Both the position numbers and the translations under genes were made by a program. The notes beneath the pieces were generated by a model. That model ran no database searches, was not told where the DNA came from, and saw only the letters and a program-made list of their open reading frames with translations. A stretch of DNA of 64,000 bases from Picochlorum sp. SENEW3 (lineage: Eukaryota). This document shows positions 11,601 to 23,740 of the stretch, one piece after another (within the stretch, counting starts at the first letter, position 1; each line of letters begins with the position of its first letter). The DNA is taken from NCBI GenBank assembly GCA_034226945.1, contig CP120458.1, positions 682,001-746,000 on the forward strand, read 5' to 3'.

Positions 11601-13881
11601 TGATCGCCCTATGCGACTTTCGCAAAGCCTATGACACGATTGATAGAAGCTTTCTGTTTCAGATATGCCATACACTCCAGATGCCAGACTACCTGGTGAG
11701 ATGGATTCAACTCATGCTCTGGGAGACAACCAGTAAGGTATATGCAAACCATTGCTTTTCAGACTACAGACAATTTCATGCAGGGCTGAGACAGGGATGC
11801 CCAGCGTCCCCACTACTCTACCTGTTAATTGGATTTATGCTAGCTCGCCTGGTACAACACTCAGAACTGGGCATAACAATACCATGTCCACTCCAGACAG
11901 ACCCAACACAGTCAGATACAGCCTTGAAGCTATGCCTTTTCCAGTTTGCTGACGACAGCAAACTCATTCTCGAAGAAGATCAGATCCCGCGCTTTAAACA
12001 GATTATGGCGCTGTTCGCTGAGGCAACAGGGCAGCACTTGAACAAGGAGAAGACCAAACTCTTGCCCATAGGCGCCCTCAAGACCCTGCATCACAAGCAA
12101 CAGATCGATGACTTCAAGGTCACAACAGAAGCAAAAATCCTAGGTGTGACACTACACTGCGGAATTGACGCTCCGACATACCATTGGCAAAGCAAAATGT
12201 CCCAACTCCAGCAGCTCACGGATAAAATCAAGCGTATGACAGGACTGTCCATCTTTGCAAAATTTGACCTCTTCAACAAATTTGTCACCTCCAAAGTACT
12301 CTATGCTGCAGAATTTATCTATACACCGCCATCCATAGTCGATGGCATCCATAAGATGGCAAGGAGCTTTTACCACCAGATGCACCATGCTGGAAAAACG
12401 AAGCAATACAGTCTAGAGCCGATCTTGGCGGCCTGGGCATGCTCCCCTTTCGGGAACATATCAAGGCCCGTCAATATAAATGGCTCATCAAGCTTCTCGT
12501 GTTAGGCACCACCACCGTCTGGTCCACGCTGGTATGGAATGCCACAGCACACTACAGAAGAACCAACAGGCCAACAAAGATCATGGCTCTCAGGCTCCTC
12601 ACCCAGCCGTGTGAGTTACCGGGAGTCCACCCGGCTCTCATGGAATACAGCGAGGACAACGAGATCTCATTGCACTCGCTGATCAACTCAGTATTCAGGA
12701 ATCCAACAGAAGAAAGACAGTGGAACTACTGCTGGCATCGCTACAAAGGAAACCAGTTGCCACTCCACAAGTATACGGTGAAAGATGGCACTCGCCTGAT
12801 CACCATCAACTCGCCAGACCCAGTCAAATGGCAGCAAGCGACCAACAATCAGATTGCTTGGATACACACTGTGAGCGAGATACGGCCCAGGTTCGGTAAG
12901 ATGCTGGGAAACATCAGAAAATGGTGGAGAGCACGGGTGCCCAACCCGTGGAAGGCGATCATATGGCATATAAACTCAGGAGGGCTCCTCGTGAGTCATC
13001 TCCCAGCGGAGAGGCGCAAGGACTGTGCATGTGGACATTCGAAGGCATCAATGGACCATTATGCCCGAGAATGCCCTATTGCCAAACATGTCTACAGCCT
13101 CCTCAAACCAGAAAGCATGCTTGCTGGAACAAACAGCCATTTCCAACTCCTTCTTCACAACATATGGAGCAACACATCTCCAAAGGATGTGGACGATGCC
13201 ATATGGACTGAGATTAGTATTATTACCATCAATGCTTTGGATGTGGGCCGTAAAACAGCCTACAGACTCCTCCACCACTCCACCACAGAACATCCACCAC
13301 AGCCACAGGATATCATCAGAAAGGCCAGCCACACAGCAGAGCAGTACTTCTGGGAACTGCTGAAACAACGAAAGCCAGCTTCCCTCCACCATCGCCAACA
13401 ATGAAAGAGTTGCCATTCCTGAAATGGCAACCTGCTAACAATCGCTGGGTGTTACAGAAACCCCTGATATGGACCCTGACTAGAAACAGATCAGTGACAC
13501 TCGTGCAGTGAACAAGGAAGCGCTTGCCACTTCCAGGACAAACATCAGCATTCCAAGAGAGACTATAGTCAGATTTGCCTGAAGTATGACGGCCCAACTG
13601 CTCCTGTACGGTTTAGTGGTACCCATGGTAAAAATTTCACAACCTGGAGCAGTCGTCATATGGAAGGTCGAGGAAATCTGTTTCATTCACTATGCTACAC
13701 TCGCTCAAACAAAACACTACAGAGGAGTATGTCCAATGGACAATGTACAGGTCAGGAGGTTTTGTATCCCTTTATAAATTCCTCAACATTTTATTTAGGG
13801 ATTTCCTCCTGTGGGGCTTGTATGATTTGGAAGATATTCGTCATATTTCTCGACTGTGTAATAATCCCCTATAAAAAAAAA
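8689..13881 (+). mobile_element. L1/Tx1-like LINE family A, copy 1 (5' part of ORF1 missing)
   Basis: ORF1 to 9721; ORF2 9705-about 13510 in pieces: APE endonuclease (TFNVRGL, LIQETH, AGDWN, SRLDRF, SDH), RT (NYRPITLLN, GLRQGCP, FADD), CACG..HY..C cysteine motif; tail AATCCCCTATA(n). Confidence 0.95.
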
Positions 13882-14145
13882 CAAAGGCAGTGGCAAATAA
13901 ATCTACGCTATTGATTCAACTCGAGATACGACTCCACCTGTTATCAACCCACTAATACATGGAGGAGACCAGTGTCAGAGTAACTCTAGCAGGTAAAACT
14001 GTCATAAACGACCTTGATCCAGAGTACCATAAAAACACAAGTTTCCAGCGAGAAGTAGCCAATAATAAAAACTGAGGTCTGTGGCAACCGAAATAGGGGA
14101 AAAGAAGCTAGTGCAAGAGGTGAGAAGACCTACAGGAGGCACAAA

Positions 14146-17100
14146 CTACCTGGCAAGGTCCCAGCGGTGCTCAGCATCTCGCCAACGAATGATGGGGAGA
14201 CATGTCTGAGCTGCCGACCCGGGAGAAAGGCTATCGTTATAAGCATCTAATACCTCATTGAATGTGCTGATGAGGGTGTCAATAAACTGGGCAGATGTAG
14301 CGTCTGCCGAGGCCTTGAAGATCTGTCGTCGAATATCATCCAAGCTATAACTGCACGCCACCACGATGAGACCCCAAGTGTCCGAGGGGTATGGAAGAGG
14401 TGATGGAGGCTGGTTGGTCCAAATGGAGTGCAACACCTGGGTGACTGGAATGCCAAGACCTGTGGCAAGGTGCTGATATAGGCTACAAGCAATGCTGCAT
14501 TCTGTGGTATAATAATGGTTTCTACCTGGTGTGGCATTTGAGTGGCCACAAACACATGCTTTTTCTTTCTGCGTCTTCTGAGCATTCACCTGAGTATCCA
14601 TGAGGATCTCCCAGAAAGGGAGTTTATAGATAGAGGGGAGCTGAAGCTGTTGCAAAGGCTTGAAGATTCTGTGGAGTGGTCTAGGCACACTCGCTATGAT
14701 CTCAAGCCAGCCCCGGAGGCGTCTGCGTCGGTGCTGTCTATCTACTCGTGTGAACAAGGTAGTGCCTTGCTTCACTGTATATGTATCTAACGTCATAGTG
14801 CATTTAGGGTGTATCTGCCATCCTAGTTCGCCTTGAAGGCCATTCATGACATATGTTCCTGTCTCCTGATTCTGGAGAATGGCCCTCTGAAGATCTGCGA
14901 GATGGTATGCATATATGCTAGATGTAAATAATAGGGTAGGTGGCTCGTACCGTAAGTAAGCAGGCTCGTGATGGTAAACTATGGGCTGTAGCTCAAAATT
15001 GGGAACAGCCGGGATGCCTCTCTGTAGAAGGTGGATGGGCAAACAGGCAGGTATGCCTGGATGCTGACCATCCTGCATCTTCAAAAAGATATTCCACGCT
15101 AATTGAACCCATGCTTTCTCGGCGCCAGCTGTGAATAAAAGAATATACCACTTCAAATCACGCGCAGTGAGGTGGGCCTGAAGGGGTAAACAGCCAAGGC
15201 CTCCTTCTTTTGGATTGGCTGCAAACGCTGTGCTTCTCCAAAAATTGCTCTGGAGGAGTTGGCGTATGGTTGTCCAGACTTCCTTTACTTGTGCTGGGGT
15301 GGGCTTCACAACTTCTGCATAGTATAAATCTTTAGGAAGCAGGTATGTCGAGACAATTCTAAATTTGCTAAATGGTGATAAATGTCTTGCTTTGACTTTT
15401 CGAATGGCTGTTTTCAGTTTGGCGACTCGAGTGTCCCAGTCTATGGCAAAGGCGCCTGTATGTGCCTGGACCTTGAAATCTAGGATTGTTGCTTCACTCA
15501 CCACCTTGAGCCCTGCGATCGTCCGGGGATGCACTGCCGGCTGTCCTATGGGGAGGAGCAATGTTTTGGTCATATTCAGGACCTGTCCAGTGCCTCGTCC
15601 AAATCGATGCATGATGTTGATGAATCGCGAGACATCCGCGTAACTCCTCAATGGGACCGTGTTGTCATCTGCATATTGTAATATAGGAACATAGAGCTCG
15701 TGAGGGCAGTGCTGTAGTCCGTCGTGAAGATAGTGTTGCATCTTGTGTGTCAGTGGCAGTCTGATGCCAAATCTGTGTTTTTCTAGCCATCTGGCGAGGA
15801 TATGGCCAATCAAAAGGTAGAAATATGGAGATACAGGGTCGCCCTGTCGTACGCCTGCTTCAAATTTTCTGCGTTTGGAAAAGGCTCCATTATAGTAGAC
15901 CTGACTATACGTATTCTCCAGCAAGACTGCGATCCAGTGTTGGAGTGAGGGAGGCATCTGCAAGCATTGGCAAATTTTCACGAGAAATCGTCGATCAACC
16001 TTATCATATGCTTTGGAAAAATCGCAAACCGCTAGGAAGGCTGATTTCTGCTCAAGTTGCAAGTGCTGTGGAATGAGTTGGAGAGGCCACACTTTGTCCA
16101 TAGGGCTCCGTCCTGGCAGAAAGGCTGTCTGTGTGGGGCTGATCAACTGCTGCAACGGTCCTTTCAATTTCGCAAGAAGTATCTGAGTAAAAATTCGATA
16201 ATCTGTGTTGAGTAGGGTGATGGGTCTGTAATTGATGGCCTGATACCTCGGTCCTTTTTTGTAAATAGGGATAATGAGACCCTCCAGAAAGGACTGAGGC
16301 ATGTCGTGCAAGAGACCAGTGAAGACTTTGGCCAATCTCGGGGCCAAGGAATCCTTCAAGAGCCGATACGTGACAATTTTTATGCCATCTAGGCCTGCTG
16401 CCGTGGGCTTCATTCGTTTGATGGCATTCCTGACATCTTGTTCTGTGATCATGCCAGGGAAAGCTTGTGCTGGAAAAACTGTTCGATCTGCTGGCGTGAG
16501 GGAGTGTAGGATTTCCTCCTGAATCTCTTCTGATAATATGTCCTGTTGTGAAATGTCTGCATAGTGGTCAATAAGAATATTTGCACAGGCCGTCGAGTCC
16601 CCTTGTAACTGCTGGTGGCTATCTTGAAGTCTGTAATCGGTGGTGGAATATCTGTATGGGGTCAACGGCATGGCATGACTTTCTGTGTCTGCATCCCATT
16701 GTTGTTCAGCATTAGGCTGGTGATCTACATGAGCGTATCGATGTTGGAGCTGATGACTGGTGAAAGCGCTCATGGCTGCTTCTTGCTCTCGAAGTTGTCT
16801 GACAGCCTCCAGTTCTTTACCTCGAAATTTCCGTTGTGCACTGTACGACAGGCGTGCAATGGTGCCTTTGATGTCAAGCCATGTCTTATAAGTGATCGTA
16901 TCTTGTCTGGCAAGGGGGCGAAAGCGCTGAGAACATTCATCGCGGAAATTCTGCAATATGCTGGCATCGTTTCTGAATTGAGTTGGGATGCGTCTTCTGT
17001 AGGCCTTCTTCGTCGGGGTGGTTATCGGAGTCTGGCACCTGAGCGACAGGATAACCGCCGCATGATCTGTGTGGACCATCGAAGATTCAATTGACTGCAC

Positions 17101-17877
17101 TGTGATGGATTTCAGAAGTGGTTCCAATTGCTTTGAACCATAGAATCTGTCTAATCTGCTCTTGGTGACGCAACGTGGGTCTTGCTGTGTCACATGCTCG
17201 TGTGTGTAGGCAGCTCGGTCCCTGAGGGTATTGCTGCCCAAGTCGCATATATATGTGCTGTCAAACGCAGTGGCCCATAATTTCGCTGTGCGTCTGTATG
17301 GATGTGCTCTGTGGAGGTTGGTCGTTGTATCACGCTGATGCGAGACAAAATTATAGTCACCTCCCCAGAGAACCTGTTGGCTCTTCTCCAGTTGTTGTTT
17401 CAGGATGCGAATGCATGGCTGTATATCCGAATCTTGTGCTGAGCCTGTATTAGGAAAATATATCGAGCTAATACGCACGTCTAATCCAGGTCCTTTGAAA
17501 CGGCCTGTCAGTATCCTGCTTGGGAGATCATGCATGATGGGGCTAAATGTATAAGACTGCTCTAGTAGTCGTCTCCTGACTAAAATGGCCACTCCTTGCC
17601 GAGGTCTTGCCTTATTGGATGTCTGGCTTAATGCACTGCCCCAGTAACATTGCCAAGGGTGGAGGGATCGTTCAATCTGACGTATGCGATGATCATCTGT
17701 GAGCAGATGGGTCTCCTGCAATAGTACGATATCAATATGTAATCTTTCCAGTTCCAATTGTAAAGCTAACGCTTTGTCAACGTTGAGACCATTAACGTTG
17801 AGGCTATATATTCTGAGTGTCTGTGGCTTCATCTTGATGTGGTATGTATATTGATGTATGCCTGGGGCATGGGTCAA
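14146..17877 (-). CDS. LINE-B ORF2: APE endonuclease + reverse transcriptase (likely ATG at 17832)
   Basis: SLNVNGL, LLQETH, GGDYN, SRLDRF, TDH; NYRPITLLN, CDFSKAYD, GVRQGDP, QYADD; C-terminal CVCG..HY..C. Confidence 0.95.
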   Translation of the reverse strand: MTHAPGIHQYTYHIKMKPQTLRIYSLNVNGLNVDKALALQLELERLHIDIVLLQETHLLTDDHRIRQIERSLHPWQCYWGSALSQTSNKARPRQGVAILVRRRLLEQSYTFSPIMHDLPSRILTGRFKGPGLDVRISSIYFPNTGSAQDSDIQPCIRILKQQLEKSQQVLWGGDYNFVSHQRDTTTNLHRAHPYRRTAKLWATAFDSTYICDLGSNTLRDRAAYTHEHVTQQDPRCVTKSRLDRFYGSKQLEPLLKSITVQSIESSMVHTDHAAVILSLRCQTPITTPTKKAYRRRIPTQFRNDASILQNFRDECSQRFRPLARQDTITYKTWLDIKGTIARLSYSAQRKFRGKELEAVRQLREQEAAMSAFTSHQLQHRYAHVDHQPNAEQQWDADTESHAMPLTPYRYSTTDYRLQDSHQQLQGDSTACANILIDHYADISQQDILSEEIQEEILHSLTPADRTVFPAQAFPGMITEQDVRNAIKRMKPTAAGLDGIKIVTYRLLKDSLAPRLAKVFTGLLHDMPQSFLEGLIIPIYKKGPRYQAINYRPITLLNTDYRIFTQILLAKLKGPLQQLISPTQTAFLPGRSPMDKVWPLQLIPQHLQLEQKSAFLAVCDFSKAYDKVDRRFLVKICQCLQMPPSLQHWIAVLLENTYSQVYYNGAFSKRRKFEAGVRQGDPVSPYFYLLIGHILARWLEKHRFGIRLPLTHKMQHYLHDGLQHCPHELYVPILQYADDNTVPLRSYADVSRFINIMHRFGRGTGQVLNMTKTLLLPIGQPAVHPRTIAGLKVVSEATILDFKVQAHTGAFAIDWDTRVAKLKTAIRKVKARHLSPFSKFRIVSTYLLPKDLYYAEVVKPTPAQVKEVWTTIRQLLQSNFWRSTAFAANPKEGGLGCLPLQAHLTARDLKWYILLFTAGAEKAWVQLAWNIFLKMQDGQHPGIPACLPIHLLQRGIPAVPNFELQPIVYHHEPAYLRYEPPTLLFTSSIYAYHLADLQRAILQNQETGTYVMNGLQGELGWQIHPKCTMTLDTYTVKQGTTLFTRVDRQHRRRRLRGWLEIIASVPRPLHRIFKPLQQLQLPSIYKLPFWEILMDTQVNAQKTQKEKACVCGHSNATPGRNHYYTTECSIACSLYQHLATGLGIPVTQVLHSIWTNQPPSPLPYPSDTWGLIVVACSYSLDDIRRQIFKASADATSAQFIDTLISTFNEVLDAYNDSLSPGSAAQTCLPIIRWRDAEHRWDLAR

Positions 17878-18902
17878 AGATCATCCATGATCTCAGGATT
17901 TTGCTCCAGACAATCTGCAATTTCTTGGAGCTCCTGTGCATGGATAGCATCCTCCTGAAGCAGCGACGGTTCTGGTGGCTGTATAGGGATGGGTGCTGTC
18001 TGCGGTAAAGAGTTTCTTTGTATCTCTGGGCTTGGTCTCCGTCTGTCCATACCTCGTTGTGAGGCGTTCGAGAACAACACAGTGCGAGAACGCTTCGTAG
18101 GAGTACTCGGGTACATCGCCTGGTTGGTCATTAGAGCCTCCCGATAGTTCTTTGAACCATTCTTGAATTCTGCATACTCTGCTTTGGCAACGGCAAGTGC
18201 CTGGAGTCCAGACGTATGCGGCTGTTGTCTGTTCAAGGCTGTTCTGCGGGAGAGATGAATGTTCAGAGTCCGGTCACCAAACATAAATCTGATGGGCTCA
18301 ATTTTCTTGAGATTCTCCACCTCCAATGTGGCAATCCATGTGTTGGTAGGCAACTCAATCTCACCACATTTTTCAGTGCTTTGAATGATTTGGGTGGGCT
18401 GGAAACCATTAGCTTGAAGGGCTGCTTTAGCGTAGTCTGGGTCCAGGATGGGGTTGGAATCTGTTTCGTCATTGATATCCATAAAATACTCCTGTTTACG
18501 TGGACGATTAGGCCACACAATTTCAACCACATGCTCATGATCATTGATTTCCAGGGATATGGTATCATCTGGTGCAAGAGCATCAACAAGTTCGACCACC
18601 TCTTCAAATGTGGCAAACGTACATTGAAGGATGGCTCGATAGTTGACCTTTTTGCCCCCAATGAAGGCCGTGGAGTAAAACCAGCGGGATTCTCTGGGCA
18701 TGCCAACAATTTTTCCTTTCGGCAAATGCTCGGTAAGGAACTTCACGCACCTGATCTTGAACAGTTTCATCTGTTCCGTCACATAGGCGTTCGCATCGTG
18801 GTCATAATTCCAATACTTCTGGGGATTGGCAATCTCCATGCGAAGGTGGAACCTGAACACGCGACTGGTCTCGGTTGGAGCAGGGATGGCTGGGTTTGAC
18901 AT
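17874..18902 (-). CDS. LINE-B ORF1 (342 aa)
   Basis: ATG-started ORF immediately upstream of ORF2; assigned by position only. Confidence 0.8.
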   Translation of the reverse strand: MSNPAIPAPTETSRVFRFHLRMEIANPQKYWNYDHDANAYVTEQMKLFKIRCVKFLTEHLPKGKIVGMPRESRWFYSTAFIGGKKVNYRAILQCTFATFEEVVELVDALAPDDTISLEINDHEHVVEIVWPNRPRKQEYFMDINDETDSNPILDPDYAKAALQANGFQPTQIIQSTEKCGEIELPTNTWIATLEVENLKKIEPIRFMFGDRTLNIHLSRRTALNRQQPHTSGLQALAVAKAEYAEFKNGSKNYREALMTNQAMYPSTPTKRSRTVLFSNASQRGMDRRRPSPEIQRNSLPQTAPIPIQPPEPSLLQEDAIHAQELQEIADCLEQNPEIMDDL

Positions 18903-19044
18903 TCTCGATGTTTCTGGTATCGGAACGATGTGATAAACGCAAATAGAGCGATGTTTGATAGACTTTGTGTCTTAACGGTTTTTATAGATTTTTTGGAATA
19001 TGAGGTTGATGAGCCCGCAACCATGCCGAAGCCAAAGTACCACT

Positions 19045-22000
19045 TGCTGCGGCATTCCCGCTTATAAGCGGGATCACCGCCGTATTTGAGGGTGGCGCCC
19101 AATGGCCAAAACCCCAAAACTCGGCGGCGTTCCCGCTTATAAGCCGGATCACCGCCGTGTTTCCAAACCCCATTCTGAAAATATGGCGGCATTCCCGCTT
19201 AGACTAATTTGAATTTTGGGTGAGCGTCGGAGAGTTTATGCTTTCAAATTCATATGATGGATAGTAAGCAATAGATATTGTTTAATTGTAAGGGCTATAT
19301 AAAGGCAATCAATCGCCAGAGTCGCACTGGTGGCAACGCTTCACGGGACTCATGGGCGACCAGGACTCTCCACCACTGTGGACTCAGGAGCAGGGCAGAG
19401 TGCTTCAAGGTCTAGATATCATACCCTTTGATCCACAGAAATGTGAAAAGGACTTTTGGGACCTGCGCCGCGGGACTGATGCCTTCGACCAGGCTCTCGG
19501 AGCACGGGTTGAGGCAGGGAAGCTGTATGAGATATCTGGGGAGCGATATTACACGTCCTTGAGGAGACAGGGACGACTGCGTCTTCCAATTCAGACGTTT
19601 GACGATGCCAATATCATCTACTTGAAAAGAATATGCTATGCGTTTGGCGGCGAAGACATACCGCGCGACGAAGACCTGCGCGAATATCTGGTCTTCAATA
19701 ACGGGTTCTGGCCGCTGCGTGCCAGGCCATATATTGTCGCGTGCCCATCTGCTTTATCGCTGCCTTCCAGTGTGATTTCGTTTCCTTGTATATTGAATAT
19801 ATATGAGGTTGATGAGCCCGCAACCATGCCGAAGTCAGTGCCCAAGTATGCCAAGGACTTGATGCAATTCCACCTGTTAGTGATGAAGCAAGATATGCCG
19901 AGCTTATTGTTTGAGGATGACGTTGCAGACCTTGTTGGGATGTGTATTTTCGTCCTCAAAGACCCTGACATGAATACACTTGATCGAGGCGTACCTGTCT
20001 GCGAGTTCTTCCTTGTTTCTTTGAGCAAAGAAGAAGAGCAGGTTTTGACTCACACTGGCATCCAAGTTCTTTCAGACCATTATATGCAGCATACGATTCC
20101 GAGGGATCGATGCAGTATTGAAAAAGAATATTTAAATCCTCAAAATTTGAGTGAGTATCCCTGGCAGAGAAGACCTACGCGTGAGGGTCGTCCTTCGTAT
20201 GAATGTGGGCAAAGTGTCATTAGGAGGAAAGATGGTGTTTGGGGTATGATTCTACAAGAACGGGAACATATCGACGCAGAGACGGGAGATCTCCACCGAG
20301 AATTCGGGATATCATGCGACAAAGACATTTTGAAAGAAGGAAAGCTGAAGCCTGGGCACAGATTGAAATATTACCCCACATCCGAAATAATGGGAGTGTT
20401 TGCATGCCCGCCAGTGCGTTTTCCTATTCATCCAACAAAAATTGGGCAGCGAGTGGTGGTGTACGGTGCTGGTAATTCCAACAAACTATCCATTCCAGAC
20501 GGGTCTTGTGGTGTCGTGAATGCTGTCATCGAGGATGGTCCGAGAACCTCCTTGATGTGCACCGTGGCTGTGCAAGAAGAATATCCCAGCATGGAGACAA
20601 CACAGATTGACGTGAAATTAAAGTATACGAGATTTTTGTTGCTCGACAACGAACAGTATGTATCTCATCAACCTTCAGATTATGATAATGCGAACATTCC
20701 GCGCAGGATCATTTACAAATTCGAAAATCTGACCTTTTGCGAGATCAAAAAGCTGTTTGAGACAGCGGAGAAGAGCAGACTGGTTCACAAATGTAGCAAA
20801 GGTACGATCTCACGAACAACTTCAATTCGATGCCCTTGCTGATCCATCATCACCACTTTCGCCATCCAGGTAACGAGAGTTTGGTGCCAGGTGACGATAC
20901 CCTTGACATCTTGGAGCGGAAGAGGAAGGAAGCGGGGCATCAGGACTATGTGGCATGGTTGGCTTCTTGTGTCCATTCCGACCCGTTCTTTGGCAAGACC
21001 TGCGAGCGTCGAGCCAATGAACGCTCCGAAACATAAGTGGCATTGCAAAAGCCGACGGAGACCATTGCTGTACTGACTTGCTCAAGGGGACAGCAGAAAG
21101 CAGTGCCGGCAACAAGCAAGCAAGGAAAGAAAGTCAACTGCGAATACAGAACCCGCCTCACAAAGTTTCGATACGAGGATGCCATCTACGCTGAGGCACT
21201 TCAGACCCACACAAATCACGAACCGGGTTCTGGAGATTACCACGAGCCTGAGACACCTCGACTGAAGAGGGCATTGGATGACCTGTACGACCTTGGATTC
21301 AAACCTGCAAAGGCTGTCAACGTTATCAAGTATCAGACAGGTGCCACCCGGCATGATCTCACGGTTGAGGAACGACATCTCTTGAATAAGACGATGGCAA
21401 TTAGAGTCAAAAAAGCATACAACAAGCGACAGGCCTCCGGGACGACCTGGATGCTTGCGAGGCTCTGTACAATCAACACCGCGAACACTTTCTATACTTT
21501 GAGCGAGGCGACGATGTGCAGATCGCCATTTGCAGCCCAGAGCAAAGAAAGGTGATGAAAGCCTGCCATACAATGGTGTTCGCTGATGCTGTGCATTGCC
21601 TGAATCGAAAAGGTGATGTGACATTGGCTCTCCTGGTGCGAGATCCATATGGCATGGGCTTCCCAGTGGCCTACTGCATATGCTCGGGGGGCGAGGATTC
21701 CACCAAATGGAAAAAATTCATCAGAGCCGTTGTAGATGCATGTGATGTACAGATCGATGACATCACCTTCATGATTGACAAATCCACATGCTGCATCTCT
21801 GCTTTGGACCAGCTCAACTGCTTCTGGGTCCTGTGTGCTTTCCATTTCATGCAGAGCATCGGGCGCAAAATGAAAAGCCACGGCAGTGGCGTGTCTGGAC
21901 GCAGTGATCGCGACAAATCCAACCGAAACACAATCTTCAGATATGTCAACAAGCTCAGGCTCGTCAAGGACGAGGGTGCCTTCGATTCTGTGGCGTATGA

Positions 22001-23740
22001 ATTCATGACCTTCCTGGAGAATGAAAACCTGGCCGAGATGAAGGAATACTTCATCAAAAATTGGATGACAATCAGCGATCGGTGGTCTCAATACGGAAGG
22101 AAACACATTGCTTTCTTGAAATCAAACACCAACAATCTGATTGAGCGGCTCTTCAGGACTGTCCAAGAAGAGTTCCTTGACAGGGAGAGACTGGGTCGCA
22201 GAGACAGCCTCATCCTAAAATTCCTCGACGAAGTAACACCACGATACCTTGATCGACTGCAGAAGCGATTACAAGGGGCCGAAAAGGCCAATGCGCGAGT
22301 GAACCAAAACAAGCATTTGACAGGTGTCGACACGTGTGGCAGAACCATGCAGCCCTATTGTGCCACTGGCCAAGGGTCCCTCAGCGACTCGTGCCTCATC
22401 AAATTCAATGTGGATAATCAGATGTTCTACTGCTGTACCAGAGACCACAGCTGCACTTGTGATGACAACGACGACGACATTTGTATGCATGTCGAAGCTG
22501 CCATGAAAAAGTACCCCATCACCTACGAGATGGTGAGAAAGGTGGCGTCTGTCGTGAAAAGCCGCCAACACGAGTATGTCCAGAAGATGGCGACACCAGC
22601 TCCGTTTCATGGTGCAGAAGACCATCATGTGGAATTGTCCGATGTCGAGATTGATGAGGACAACACGGTGTATCAATGCTTGCCGGTGTGCTTTTACCAC
22701 CTGGGACCAAAACCACGCAGAAAGTACTTTGTCAACATGTACTACAAAACGTGCACGTGTCATTGCTTTTCCTTCTTCGGCACATGTCCACATGTCATAG
22801 CGTTAGGCGCTACGGATGAAGACGAGATGGATCCTGCGGAGAAACTCCAGAAATCTGTCCAGATCAGGAACGACACTCATGTCAACGCGGAGTGGGAACG
22901 AGCCTTAGTTCAGGCCTTTCCCGCACCAAGCCATGGCTCAAGCTGCGACATCCTGACGCTTGGAAGACGGCAAATCACGGACCCTAGGATGCTGACCAAA
23001 ATACAGTTCAACAACGACCAGAGAGTCGCAACCTCGATCTTCGACGAATTGCCCCGACATCTTGATGGCCGGTTCATGGAGCTCCATCAGACATTCATGC
23101 AGGGCATCCGACAATTGCAGGAGATTGGCATCAACGAGTGTCGGAACCAGAATACCAATCCAGCCCCTGCATTCAATGCCAATATGGCCTACATCCCTCC
23201 TCAACCAAGCTGGCACAGGAACCCCAACCCCAGCACTTCTGCGGCGCAATACGAGGACATGGTGATTGAAGAATAATAACTCTACAACGAAGAATGTAAA
23301 AACGTCTACTGATCCAGATCGCACACAGAACTAACAGCCAACCGACTCACCTGGAAGTGCGACCCTGACAACGAGAGCATTGCGCTGCAAATAATGCAGC
23401 AATAGGTTACTTGTTGCACATATATTTATAATATATCCCTGATATAGTGTTGGAAGGCAAACACGGCATCTCAGCGCTTCTTCTGACTTTGACGGTTGGG
23501 CTCGGATGGAGCTGTCCAGACCGTGCGTCGAGCAAATTTGGACGCTTGGATGGCAATTTCATATTTTCTTACATATAGTGTATTGACTTGGTACACATGA
23601 TATAAAGGTTATGGTGCTTGTGGATGGCCAACGGGCTTCATCACGGTTGGTGATTGTCTAAGCGGGAATGACGCCATATTTTCAGAATGGGGTTTGGAAA
23701 CACGGCGGTGATCCGGCTTATAAGCGGGAATGCCGCAGCA
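19045..23740 (+). mobile_element. MULE/Mutator-like DNA transposon with long TIRs
   Basis: Left TGCTGCGGCATTCCCGCTTATAAGC(G/C)GGATCACCGCCG, present twice within 19045-19204; inverted at about 23658-23740; encloses a MULE transposase. No direct TSD found, so the exact termini are uncertain by about 6 bp. Confidence 0.88.
19352..23276 (+). pseudogene. MULE transposase: large unknown N-terminal region + FAR1/WRKY-like zinc finger + DDE + two SWIM fingers; one premature stop and one frameshift
   Basis: VFADAVH, FMIDKS, LCAFH, TNNLIE catalytic motifs; CTC..CMH and CTC..CPH SWIM fingers; TCSRG..C..HTNH finger. Predicted intron 20802-20869, TAA at 21034-21036, frameshift near 21435. Confidence 0.8.

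Larger units (their letters stand above)
13882..18997 (-). mobile_element. L1/Tx1-like LINE family B, both ORFs intact, no poly(A) visible
   Basis: Uninterrupted ORF1 and ORF2; the 3' UTR abuts the poly(A) of family A copy 1. Confidence 0.93.
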
